Below, piece after piece: positions 27,886 to 36,945 of a stretch of DNA of 64,000 nucleotides. How positions within the stretch are numbered: the stretch's first letter is position 1; every line of letters starts with the position of its first letter. Location: assembly GCA_023254095.1 (NCBI GenBank), contig JALNLM010000002.1, positions 19,538-83,537 on the forward strand. Direction: 5' to 3'. The stretch comes from Candidatus Geocrenenecus huangii (GTDB lineage: Archaea; Thermoproteota; Nitrososphaeria_A; Caldarchaeales; Wolframiiraptoraceae). The position numbers and the translations under genes were made by a program. The notes beneath the pieces were generated by a model. That model was given only the letters and a program-made list of their open reading frames with translations, was not told the DNA's origin and ran no database searches.

Positions 27886-29676
27886 TTATTTTTCTCTTGA
27901 AGCGTTTTTTCCCGCTATGTATCCTGTCGTCCAAGCCATACTATGACTTAGCCCTGGACATATAAGTGGATAATCTAATCCAAACCTTCTTCCAACGAGG
28001 TTTCCGGTAACATATAAGCCGGGTATCGCTTTTCCATCTTTATCCACCGGTTGTAGGTTTTCATTTGTGATTAGCCCGCCCATTGTAACTAGGAATGCTG
28101 CTTGAGGAGGGTTCCAGTTTGCGTAAAAAGGCTTCGTGTCCACGGGAAACAAGTAATCCGATCTCTTACCGAAATCCTCGTCTACTCCTTTCCTACATAG
28201 TTCATTGTATCTTTCGACTGTTTTCTTGAATATTGCAACGTCTAATTCCGGAGTAATTCCCCTCATTTTTTCTGCAAGTTCATCAATAGTATTTGCTTCT
28301 ATTATCTGTCCTGACTCTATCTTCTCCTGGAATTCTTTCAATGTTATATCGTCGGCTTTCCAAATTCTGAAAAATCCTGGCCCTAAGTTATATGTATACT
28401 TTGGCCAATTTGAATCGAAAACAACCCATATGCCTCCATTCCTCAAACATTGTATTGGAAATGCTAGAACATTCGAGATTAAGTCCTCGTTGGCGAATCT
28501 TTTACCAAATTTATCGATCATTAAAAATGGGGCGGTCCCCATTGCATGCCAAGCATGAACCATTGCACAATGTGGTCTCGGCTCAATCTGTGCACCTATC
28601 CAATAGGCCATTAAATGCCCATCACCGGTAGGCGAGGGCAATCCAAAGATGCTTCTTAAGTCTGGTAACTTAGCAAATTCCTCAGGTAAGAAATACTCCA
28701 CCATTGCTCGGTTACCTCCATAGTCCCCTGTTGAAAGTATTATGGCCCTTCTAGCCCTAAATCTTATGTATTTTCCATCTTTTGTCTGAGCTATTACTGC
28801 TTTAACCCCTCCATTGTCAGGTCTTTCAAGCCTTAATGCATTCGTCTCATACCTTATCTCTACCCCCAGATCTCTTGCTTTCTTTTCCAGAATTGAGAGT
28901 AGTAAACCCTGATTCGCTGTTGGTGTATCCCCAAATCTATGACATGTTGGATATTCTATATATGTCTGCTTTCTGTAGTCCCATCCAGGTGGAGCCTCAG
29001 TGGGAGGCCACTTATCAACCACGAAAGTGTATTTATCTGTTCTATCCGGAATAACCAGCCAAGTCTTCACGCCCTCCTTTTCACATATATCTATGAGCCA
29101 ATCCATTACCTTGCCAGAATTATAAGCCCATAATCTGATTATTCTTTCGTCAGCTCTATAACCTGAAATTTCCATTAGCTTTTTAATGACTTCCTCAGGC
29201 TCAATATAAATGCCTAGTTGTTTATGTTTCTTGCTATTTAAAGCTGTGTTGTCGCCACCACGTGCAGAAAAAGTAGACTCACGTTCAAGCAAAACTACCT
29301 CTACTCCTTCCTCAGCAGCCGCGACTGCTGCAGCTAATCCAGATGTACCAGCACCGACTATTACTACATCATATTCTAGAGTTTGCGCTATCTGTTCGTC
29401 TGGGATAGGTGGTGGAGGAATTAAGAAGATCGGTTCAGGCGATATAATTGTTGTAGTAGTTGATACTTGAGTTAAAGTAGTGGGTTTGGTTATAGTACTT
29501 GTTTCAGTTTTCGTTTCTGTGGTTCTTACTTCTTTAGGGAAAGCTTGACTACCAATTATTCCCCCTAAGATTAAACCGATTATGCCTGAGGAGATTGATG
29601 CAACAACACTTCTCCTACTAATTTTACCAGTCTCTTCACTCATGATTTCAGAGACCTCAAACTTATTATCTGACAC
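27886..29676 (-). CDS. Exported FAD-dependent oxidoreductase, paralog of 25840..27600 (same Tat-anchor, Thr/Pro-stalk and FAD_binding_2 architecture)
   Basis: 596 aa. KISRRSVVASISSGIIGLILGGIIG is the RR motif plus TM helix. The Thr/Pro-rich linker is TETKTETSTITKPTTLTQVSTTTTIISPEPIFLIPPPPIPDE. YDVVIVGAGTSGLAAAVAAAEEG is the FAD motif, and the C-terminus has GLYVTGNLVGRRFG. It is co-linear with the upstream paralog but clearly diverged. Confidence 0.8.
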   Translation of the reverse strand: MSDNKFEVSEIMSEETGKISRRSVVASISSGIIGLILGGIIGSQAFPKEVRTTETKTETSTITKPTTLTQVSTTTTIISPEPIFLIPPPPIPDEQIAQTLEYDVVIVGAGTSGLAAAVAAAEEGVEVVLLERESTFSARGGDNTALNSKKHKQLGIYIEPEEVIKKLMEISGYRADERIIRLWAYNSGKVMDWLIDICEKEGVKTWLVIPDRTDKYTFVVDKWPPTEAPPGWDYRKQTYIEYPTCHRFGDTPTANQGLLLSILEKKARDLGVEIRYETNALRLERPDNGGVKAVIAQTKDGKYIRFRARRAIILSTGDYGGNRAMVEYFLPEEFAKLPDLRSIFGLPSPTGDGHLMAYWIGAQIEPRPHCAMVHAWHAMGTAPFLMIDKFGKRFANEDLISNVLAFPIQCLRNGGIWVVFDSNWPKYTYNLGPGFFRIWKADDITLKEFQEKIESGQIIEANTIDELAEKMRGITPELDVAIFKKTVERYNELCRKGVDEDFGKRSDYLFPVDTKPFYANWNPPQAAFLVTMGGLITNENLQPVDKDGKAIPGLYVTGNLVGRRFGLDYPLICPGLSHSMAWTTGYIAGKNASREK

Positions 29677-29790
29677 TGGAAATTTTAGCGTTTGGTCAGT
29701 AGAATGTATACCCTTAATACTTAGGTTGTAAAGAATATCTATACTTAGGATGGATAAGGCTAATATTTTAACGATAGATAAACCTCTCTG

Positions 29791-31245
29791 ATGTTTAGGA
29801 AGAATCTTGTCCAGCGATGGGATACTCTTGATAGAATTTCACACCTGATAAATTTATCCGGTATACTTATAGCAATAATTTCTGGTCTTCCTCAATTAAA
29901 TCTTACTTTATTCGGATTTAATTTAGGAGCACAGTTCAGATGGATAACAGACGTAATCGGTGGAGAGGGAGTACGACGAATACTACACAGGTACGTCGTT
30001 ACAGGCTTAATTAGCTTAGCATTTACAGTTCACGTTTTCGGGTTTGGTTTGAAGAAGAAAAAATCTCATATATTATTCACATTCAGAGATTTAAAGGACC
30101 TCGTAGCGTATTACGGACATAAATTCTTTAGGAAGGCTAAGCCTGTTCTCGGGTTTCATGTCCCTGGAGAGAAGCTGCTGTATTGGGTTGCACTAATATG
30201 CCTATTCATTCTCGGCTCTACGGGTATAATAATGTGGACAAGGTTTCTCTATATTGACTACAACTTGCTTAGACTATTTCACAGGATTGCTTCTATTATC
30301 TTGTCGTTATTTGTCTTGGTACATTTCATATTGAACATAATCTTGCCAGAACAGCGTTCAGCAATGAGAGCTATGTTCATTAACGGTAAAGTGCCAGAAG
30401 AATGGGTTAAACAGCACCATCCGAAAATGTTCGAGGAGGAAGAGCAAACATTGTTGACAAGACGTAGAATGATAAAGACGTTTCTCTGGCTTATCCCTGC
30501 AATAGGTTTTTCCTATCTCTTTTCAGAATTACTACAAAAACCACAATGTCGGATAGGAGATATAATAGTAGAACCCCCTAAAGTCATGGTTGGTAAACCA
30601 TTCGTAATATCTGTGGAAGTAACGAATATGGGTTACAGGGAAAGCTCATTTCCAATTCAATTATCAGTAGATGGTAAGATAGTAGCAGAGAAAAATATTG
30701 CTCTACTCGATGGTGAAACAAATCTGATCAATTTCAAGACAACCATCAACGAAATAGGCCGACATACAATAGAAGTAAATGGTGTCTCAAAGATGATCGA
30801 AGTAGTAGAGGCGCCTCCACCAATCGAGAAAGAGTTAGCAGATAAATTCAAAGAACTATTTCCAACAGCATACGATTTTGTCCCGGTTGTGAAAGACGGC
30901 AAAATAGTATATTATGAAATATATGATGCTGAAGGAATGCTAATAGGCTATGGTTTCCATGAAAGAGTATACGCTCCAACGGATAGACTTACCGTGACAG
31001 GAATTATTGACCTAGATTACAAGGTCAGGATGATAGATGTCGAGAAATTAAAACCGGACATTCATGTTCTGAATGATAAGATATTAGATCCCGATTTTGA
31101 AAATCAATTTATAGGTTTAACCATTGAGGAAATGAGGTTGTCTCCTGAAGGAAAGATCGACGCAGTTTCTGGAGCAACGATATCATCGACTCTGATAGTA
31201 GAAACTATAAGAAAAATACTTGAAGAAGTTCAATCGCCTTCGTAA
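29791..31245 (+). CDS. Fusion protein: N-terminal diheme b-type cytochrome (Ni_hydr_CYTB/FdnI-like, 4-5 TM), then CARDB-like Ig-fold domain, then C-terminal FMN-binding domain with covalent-flavinylation motif
   Basis: 484 aa. TM helices carry paired His spaced 13-14 residues apart (HRYVVTGLISLAFTVHVFGF; HRIASIILSLFVLVHFILN) plus His in TM1. The middle region IIVEPPKVMVGKPFVISVEVTNMGYRESSFPIQLSVDGKIVAEKNIALLDGETNLINFKTTINEIGRHTIEV is a CARDB-type fold. The C-terminal ...KIDAVSGATISSTLIVETI matches the FMN_bind D(x)xSGAT flavinylation motif, with the Thr codon at 31177-31179. Confidence 0.75.
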   Translation: MFRKNLVQRWDTLDRISHLINLSGILIAIISGLPQLNLTLFGFNLGAQFRWITDVIGGEGVRRILHRYVVTGLISLAFTVHVFGFGLKKKKSHILFTFRDLKDLVAYYGHKFFRKAKPVLGFHVPGEKLLYWVALICLFILGSTGIIMWTRFLYIDYNLLRLFHRIASIILSLFVLVHFILNIILPEQRSAMRAMFINGKVPEEWVKQHHPKMFEEEEQTLLTRRRMIKTFLWLIPAIGFSYLFSELLQKPQCRIGDIIVEPPKVMVGKPFVISVEVTNMGYRESSFPIQLSVDGKIVAEKNIALLDGETNLINFKTTINEIGRHTIEVNGVSKMIEVVEAPPPIEKELADKFKELFPTAYDFVPVVKDGKIVYYEIYDAEGMLIGYGFHERVYAPTDRLTVTGIIDLDYKVRMIDVEKLKPDIHVLNDKILDPDFENQFIGLTIEEMRLSPEGKIDAVSGATISSTLIVETIRKILEEVQSPS

Positions 31246-32135
31246 ATTCGAAAATTTCTAGTTTTTATTATGTCTCTATTATTTGTGATTATCATTGCCT
31301 CCGCTTCTCCTAATTCTTCAATGAGGTGAATGCTCTCAGATGGATTCATGGCGCATAAGCTGGTGGCGAGAGCATCAGCTATTAAGGCTCTCTCCGTAAT
31401 TACTGTGGCGCTAACCACCTGACTACTCAGTGAATTCTTTAGGTAAGGATTTAAAATATGAGAAAAGTTCCCACTCCCTATTCTACGTTCATAGTTTCCA
31501 CTTGTTGCTACAGAAGAACTATATATCATTAACTTACAGATACTCTTATCTTTCTCAAATGGATTTCTAATAGCTATCCTCCAGGGTTCTCCATCTGTTT
31601 TCTCACCTACTGCTTTCAGGTCTCCTCCGGCATTAATCAACGCGTGCTTAACTCCATGTTTTATTAAATATTCCGATGCCAAATCAACGGCATATCCTTT
31701 AGCTACGCTATTTAAGACGATCTTCATGCCTTTCTTTAAGAATCTTATGCTCTTCCCACTGATCTCGATGAGTGAATAATCGACTAACTCTAGAATTCTT
31801 TCTAATTCTTCCTCATCCAGTTCTCCACGTTTTCTAACGATGTATTCTATTAATGGTAGTATAGTTACATCGTATACTCCTCTAGTTAATTTGCTTATCC
31901 TGATAGCCTCTTTCAAGATATAGATTAATTCATCACTTGCGTGTTCTAGGAATCCTTCCTTATTTAATTTGTTAACTTCACTTTCTTCATCATATATGCT
32001 CATAATTCTTTCTATACGCTTTAATTCGCTAAATGCTTCATCTATTATCCTTTTAGCATATCCTATATCTTCGTGAACTAAGGTTATTGTAACGATGGTG
32101 CCCATTGAAAACGTAGACTTTCTGATGCTGAACAT
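31230..32135 (-). CDS. apbE: ApbE-family FAD:protein FMN transferase (flavin transferase)
   Basis: 301 aa. FSMGTIVTITL is the ApbE N-terminal MGT motif. NSVAKGYAVDLASEYLIKHGVKHALINAGGD, PWRIAIRNPFE and ATSGNYERRIGSGNFSHILNPY align with the conserved ApbE FAD-binding and catalytic blocks. It overlaps the 3' end of the cytochrome-b/FMN_bind fusion gene by 16 nt (convergent). Confidence 0.85.
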   Translation of the reverse strand: MFSIRKSTFSMGTIVTITLVHEDIGYAKRIIDEAFSELKRIERIMSIYDEESEVNKLNKEGFLEHASDELIYILKEAIRISKLTRGVYDVTILPLIEYIVRKRGELDEEELERILELVDYSLIEISGKSIRFLKKGMKIVLNSVAKGYAVDLASEYLIKHGVKHALINAGGDLKAVGEKTDGEPWRIAIRNPFEKDKSICKLMIYSSSVATSGNYERRIGSGNFSHILNPYLKNSLSSQVVSATVITERALIADALATSLCAMNPSESIHLIEELGEAEAMIITNNRDIIKTRNFRIYEGD

Positions 32136-32344
32136 ACTCTAACCTTTATTATAGGGGAAGCGACACTTTAAAAATTGATCGATAAAATAGTTCGTAAAAT
32201 ACACAAAAGTGAAGGTTTCTAGCGATCTACATCTGCCACTGTGAAGATATGCTCCTTATTTATGGTTTTTCGAGAAAGAATAATGGGTGGAAAAGAGGCG
32301 TGATTGAAGAAGGTGCTTATTATTTAAGTTTAACAAGTAAAGGC

Positions 32345-32354
32345 TTATAATATA
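32345..32354 (+). promoter_or_regulatory. TATA-box-like element (TTATAATATA) plus downstream Shine-Dalgarno-like GGTGA (32395-32399) upstream of the thermosome gene
   Basis: An AT-rich box lies about 50 nt upstream of ATG 32405. A GGTGA run ends 6 nt before the ATG. Confidence 0.3.
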
Positions 32355-32404
32355 GCTGAAAAACTATTTTCTCTAGAAAGTATATAGTGTGAGGGTGATG
32401 TGAT

Positions 32405-34063
32405 ATGGCTGCAGCACCTTCTTCAGCAGGAGGTATCCCCGTAATAGTTTTGAAAGAGGGGACGACAAGATCGAGGGGTAGAGAAGCACAACTCTCAAAC
32501 ATCACTGTTGCAAAGATCATCGCTGAGACAATGAAGTCTTCTCTAGGTCCTAGAGGGATGGATAAGATGCTTGTAGACAGTTTTGGAGACGTTGTCATAA
32601 CCAATGACGGCGCAACCATACTCAAAGAAATGGACGTAGAACATCCGGTAGCCAAGATGTTAGTAGAGGTAGCTAAAGCTCAAGATGCAGAAGTCGGCGA
32701 TGGGACAACTACGTCGGTTGTACTGGCTGGAGAACTACTTGCAAAAGCTGAAGAATTAATCGAGAAAGAAGTTCATCCGACCTTGATAATAGAAGGATAC
32801 AAGAAAGCAGCAACTAAAGCGTTAGAGCTATATGATAAGATAGGCGTCTCTGTAAGTCCTAAAGATAACGAGATATTAAAGAAGATAGCTAAGACGGCGA
32901 TGATCAGCAAACTTGTAGGTGAGGAGGCAGATTATCTTGCAGAAATCTCTGTTGAGGCAGTCTTGAAAGTGGCCGAGCTAGCAGAGAATAAATGGAGAGT
33001 CGACTTAGATGACGTAAAGATAGAGAAGAAAGAGGGCGGCTCACTTAGAGATACTAGGCTCATTGAAGGAATAGTACTGGATAAAGAGGTAGTCCATCCT
33101 GGGATGCCAAAAATAGTACATAACGCAAAGATCGCATTACTTGATGCATCATTAGAGATTGAGAAGACGGAATTTGACGCTAAACTTAACATTGAGAGCC
33201 CAGAGCAGATGAGAGCGTTCATGAAGCAAGAAGAAGAAATGCTTAAAGAAATGGTTGAGAAGATCGCTGCCACAGGCGCAAACGTTGTCTTATGCCAAAA
33301 AGGCATCGACGATATGGCTCAGCACTTCTTAGCGAGAAAGGGAATAATGGCGGTTAGAAGAATAAAGAAATCAGATATGGACAAACTAGCTAAAGCGACA
33401 GGTGGAAGAGTAGTAACGAGGATAGAAGAATTATCTGAGCAAGATCTTGGCAGGGCGAAGATAGTAGAAGAAAGAAGGGTCGGAGAAGACAAAATGGTCT
33501 TCGTGGAAGGATGCGAGGATCCCAAATCTATAACCATACTTATAAGAGGGGGAACGAAGAGGATAGTAGATGAGGCTGAACGTTCCATCAAGGATGCATT
33601 GAACGTAGTCAAAGACGTAGTTATCGAAGGAAAAATAGTAGCGGGCGGTGGAGCGCCTGAAACAGAAGTAGCTCTTGGACTTAGAGATTATGCCAAGACA
33701 CTGGCCGGGAAAGAACAGCTCGCAGTAGAGAAATTCGCTGAAGCCATTGAGATAGTTCCATCTCAGCTAGCAGAGAATGCTGGAATGGATCCTATTGAGA
33801 CTATAGTTAATCTTAGAGCCAGGCATAAAGAAGGAGAGAAATGGGCTGGAGTTAACGTCTTCGCAGGCAAGATAGACGATATGTGGAAGCTGGAGGTTCT
33901 AGAACCTTTACTGGTGAAGAAGCAGGTAATTAAATCAGCAGTCGAAGCAGCATCGATGATCTTGAAGATCGATGACATCATAGCGGCATCAAAATTAGAA
34001 GAGAAGAAACCCGGAAAAGAAAAAGAGAAGGAGAAGGAAGAGTCGGAGTTTGGAGAGGACTGA
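32405..34063 (+). CDS. ths: Thermosome subunit (group II chaperonin, Cpn60/TCP-1 family)
   Basis: 552 aa. [18 protein letters not shown], the ATP-binding GDGTTT motif and the VAGGGAPE block are present. The C-terminal Lys/Glu-rich tail ([20 protein letters not shown]) is typical of thermosome subunits. Confidence 0.95.
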   Translation: MAAAPSSAGGIPVIVLKEGTTRSRGREAQLSNITVAKIIAETMKSSLGPRGMDKMLVDSFGDVVITNDGATILKEMDVEHPVAKMLVEVAKAQDAEVGDGTTTSVVLAGELLAKAEELIEKEVHPTLIIEGYKKAATKALELYDKIGVSVSPKDNEILKKIAKTAMISKLVGEEADYLAEISVEAVLKVAELAENKWRVDLDDVKIEKKEGGSLRDTRLIEGIVLDKEVVHPGMPKIVHNAKIALLDASLEIEKTEFDAKLNIESPEQMRAFMKQEEEMLKEMVEKIAATGANVVLCQKGIDDMAQHFLARKGIMAVRRIKKSDMDKLAKATGGRVVTRIEELSEQDLGRAKIVEERRVGEDKMVFVEGCEDPKSITILIRGGTKRIVDEAERSIKDALNVVKDVVIEGKIVAGGGAPETEVALGLRDYAKTLAGKEQLAVEKFAEAIEIVPSQLAENAGMDPIETIVNLRARHKEGEKWAGVNVFAGKIDDMWKLEVLEPLLVKKQVIKSAVEAASMILKIDDIIAASKLEEKKPGKEKEKEKEESEFGED

Positions 34064-34316
34064 AGACAAATACTACAGAAGACCTCTTACAAAGTATGAG
34101 ATAGCGAGAATAATTGGAGGAAGAGCACTACAATTATCTCTAGGTGCCTTCCCTCTTGTCGAAGTAAAGCCTAACGATAGCCCAATAGATATTGCAAAGA
34201 GAGAACTCGAAGCCGGGGTCTTACCAATAATAATAAGGAGAAGAAAACCAGACGGAACATACGTAGACATACCGGTTAATGAGCTTCTTAAACCAATCGA
34301 GCAAACAGTAGAGTAG
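34050..34316 (+). CDS. rpoK: DNA-directed RNA polymerase subunit K (Rpo6/RpoK, omega/Rpb6 homolog)
   Basis: 88 aa. [21 protein letters not shown] is the conserved Rpb6/RpoK core. The start overlaps the thermosome stop by 14 nt. Confidence 0.8.
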   Translation: MERTEDKYYRRPLTKYEIARIIGGRALQLSLGAFPLVEVKPNDSPIDIAKRELEAGVLPIIIRRRKPDGTYVDIPVNELLKPIEQTVE

Positions 34317-34318
34317 AT

Positions 34319-34519
34319 ATGGATGAAGATACAACTTCATGGATGATCGCCACCATCGTATTGTCTCTAGTAACCGCATTCCTCACGGTATACCAGGTGA
34401 GAGAATCCTACATCCTCCAACCTACTTTTTTCTTTTTTGTATTTCAACTCTCTTCTCTGATATGTTTCCTAATCCTTTTTTCCCTCTTAGCCAGGAAGCA
34501 TATATCTGGAAATAAATAA
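34319..34519 (+). CDS. Small hypothetical single-pass membrane protein
   Basis: 66 aa with one strongly hydrophobic helix (WMIATIVLSLVTAFLTVY). It begins 3 nt after rpoK. No family recognised; it could be spurious. Confidence 0.25.
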   Translation: MDEDTTSWMIATIVLSLVTAFLTVYQVRESYILQPTFFFFVFQLSSLICFLILFSLLARKHISGNK

Positions 34520-34644
34520 TAGGAGGAAGTAGAGAATTTTCACATCTCCTTAGAAGGCCGAATATACCTCGTGTAATCTCAAGGTATAACTCGGATATTC
34601 TAAAAAAGTAAAGGATTAATTGTTCTAGACCAATCATTTAAAAG

Positions 34645-35727
34645 ATGTATCGTAGTGGGCTGAGAGACCTTGAAATTCACTACACGTATAGGTCTAGATG
34701 GTATTATGAGAGAGCTGAAAAAATCTTAACAGCCCTCGTAGACTCATATCTTAGCTTACATGGTCCTAGGAAGTTCTTGAGAGGTTTATCATCGCCAGTT
34801 TTCTTTGATGCTTTATCCGTTGCTTCGTTTCTCGACGAACTCGAAGGCGGGGCTACGACTATAATGGCGACAGTTTTCAAGAATATTATCAGACCTGAGG
34901 ATGGTTTAGCGGTCGTAGGAGGGAAAAGATTAGAAGGATATAGAGTACCAGCCGAGCTAGATATTGTGGGGAGAGAATTCGGCTTCAGTTCAGAGAAGCT
35001 GGAGAAGTTAAAGTATGCAAGTAGAATGGTTGCAAAAGTAGATAACGTGGCTATACAGGATGGGTTCCCCCTATACTTCCACATGATGATAGTTTCAAGA
35101 GATGGTGAATGGACTGTCGTCCAGCAAGGAATAAAAACACTAGAAGGTTTAGTCAGAAGATACCACTGGACATCTATAAAGATAAAGAGCTTCGTGGAAG
35201 AACCTCATACAGGTATAATCTCAGCCCATCGAGAAAAGATCGTGATAGATATGACGAGTATGAAGAGTGATGAAGCTAGGAAGGCATGTGTTGAACTAGT
35301 AACACAGGATTTCAAAAAACTGAAAAGATTACATGAAGCTTTCTCGAAAGGCCTCCAAATGAGGTTGACGGATCTAGATGAATCAGTTGGAGATATAAAG
35401 CTTGAAGTTCCAAGTATAAAATGGGTCTACCTCCAATCTCTGTATAATCAGCAGCCGAGGAATTTTGAGGAACTATTGTCACATAGAGGGATAGGGGTAC
35501 AGACGTTGAGATTTCTAGTATTCGCGTGTATACAGCTATACCAGGTTTATCCAAGCTTCGAGGATCCAGCCATATCTTTTGATGAAGCTTATAGGCTGAC
35601 TGAAACTCTAGATGATGAACGTATCTATGAAGTGATGGACGCTTTAAAAGAATCTTCCTTGGAAATATTCTTGAAGAAAGTCTCCTACAATAGATTATCT
35701 AACTTTATCCAGGGTATGGAGAGTTAG
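34645..35727 (+). CDS. Conserved hypothetical protein (possibly DUF763-like; uncertain)
   Basis: 360 aa, soluble, with no recognised catalytic motif. Codon usage is consistent with the neighbours and the reading frame is clean. Confidence 0.45.
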   Translation: MYRSGLRDLEIHYTYRSRWYYERAEKILTALVDSYLSLHGPRKFLRGLSSPVFFDALSVASFLDELEGGATTIMATVFKNIIRPEDGLAVVGGKRLEGYRVPAELDIVGREFGFSSEKLEKLKYASRMVAKVDNVAIQDGFPLYFHMMIVSRDGEWTVVQQGIKTLEGLVRRYHWTSIKIKSFVEEPHTGIISAHREKIVIDMTSMKSDEARKACVELVTQDFKKLKRLHEAFSKGLQMRLTDLDESVGDIKLEVPSIKWVYLQSLYNQQPRNFEELLSHRGIGVQTLRFLVFACIQLYQVYPSFEDPAISFDEAYRLTETLDDERIYEVMDALKESSLEIFLKKVSYNRLSNFIQGMES

Positions 35728-35785
35728 AGAAAGTTTTATCCATCTAATAGATGCTCGGACTTCGAAAATAATAATTTTTAATTTT

Positions 35786-36904
35786 TTAACGTTCTCTTTT
35801 CCCTTGTATGAATTCTTCAACCATCTGTCTAGCGACTTCGTCTGGATACTGTATTGGTGGAGACTTCATGAAGTATGCTGAAGGGCTTATCAATGGTCCA
35901 GCTACTCCCCTGTCCTTACCAATCTTAGCGCATCTCACTGCATCTATGACTACCCCTGCAGAGTTCGGGCTATCCCATACTTCAAGCTTGGCCTCAATAG
36001 TTAAAGGAGCTCCTCCGAATGCTGTTCCTTCAAGTCTTATGTAAGCCCATTTTCTATCTCTTAGCCATGGAACGTAGTCGCTTGGACCAATATGTATGCA
36101 TTCATCTGGAATACTGTACGGGATTATACTTCTCACAGCATCCGTCTTAGATATCTTCTTAGAGGAAAGTCGTTCTCTTTCAAGCATGTTTAGGAAATCA
36201 GTGTTTCCTCCAAAGTTTAATTGGTAAGTCCTCTCCACCTTGACACCTCTATCAAGAAATAGCTTTACTAGGTATCTATGAAGTATGGTGGCTCCTACTT
36301 GGCTTTTAACGTCGTCTCCTATTATTGGTAGGCCACGCTTAGTGAAGACCTCCTGCCATCTAGGCTCTCTAGCGATGAAGACAGGTATACCATTAACGAA
36401 TGCTGCTCCAGCTTCTAGAACTTGTTCTACGTACCATTTAGTTGCAGACTCACTCCCTACAGGCAGAAAGTTCACTACGACGTCTGCACCACTGCTCCTT
36501 AATACATCTACAACATCTACCGTCGGTGAAGGATGCTTCTCTATTACTTGTGAAACATATTTACCTAAGCTATCATGAGTCATTCCACGGGAAACCTCAA
36601 CACCTAGCTTAGGAACATCTGCAAATTTTAATGTACAATTAGGTGGAGCAAAAATAGCCTCCGATAAGTCTTTTCCAACCTTATTCTTATCTATATCGAA
36701 TGCGGCCACGAATTCTATATCTCCAACATGGTAAGGTCCTAGTCGGACATGCATGAGTCCTGGAATGAATTCATTCTCATCGGCATCTTTATAGTAGTGT
36801 ACTCCTTGCACAAGTGCTGAGGCACAATTACCTACACCTATTATAGCAACTCTTACCTTCGGCATGTTATATATTGTATAGAAGGGAGCATATAAGTATT
36901 TCAT
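35786..36904 (-). CDS. myo-Inositol-1-phosphate synthase (archaeal MIPS/Ino1 family)
   Basis: [19 protein letters not shown] is the NAD-binding N-terminus typical of archaeal MIPS, and the central and C-terminal blocks are consistent. The likely true start is [10 protein letters not shown] at about 36862. Confidence 0.65.
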   Translation of the reverse strand: MKYLYAPFYTIYNMPKVRVAIIGVGNCASALVQGVHYYKDADENEFIPGLMHVRLGPYHVGDIEFVAAFDIDKNKVGKDLSEAIFAPPNCTLKFADVPKLGVEVSRGMTHDSLGKYVSQVIEKHPSPTVDVVDVLRSSGADVVVNFLPVGSESATKWYVEQVLEAGAAFVNGIPVFIAREPRWQEVFTKRGLPIIGDDVKSQVGATILHRYLVKLFLDRGVKVERTYQLNFGGNTDFLNMLERERLSSKKISKTDAVRSIIPYSIPDECIHIGPSDYVPWLRDRKWAYIRLEGTAFGGAPLTIEAKLEVWDSPNSAGVVIDAVRCAKIGKDRGVAGPLISPSAYFMKSPPIQYPDEVARQMVEEFIQGKRER

Positions 36905-36945
36905 GATTGTAAAATAGTCTCACAGGGATGCCGGACCCTTTAAAC

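Noticed and set aside
25840-29676. Thr-rich coding stretches as possible tandem DNA repeats or contingency loci
   Set aside because: At the nucleotide level the Thr codons are mixed (ACA/ACT/ACC/ACG) and do not form exact tandem repeats. The low complexity is at the protein level (linker) only.
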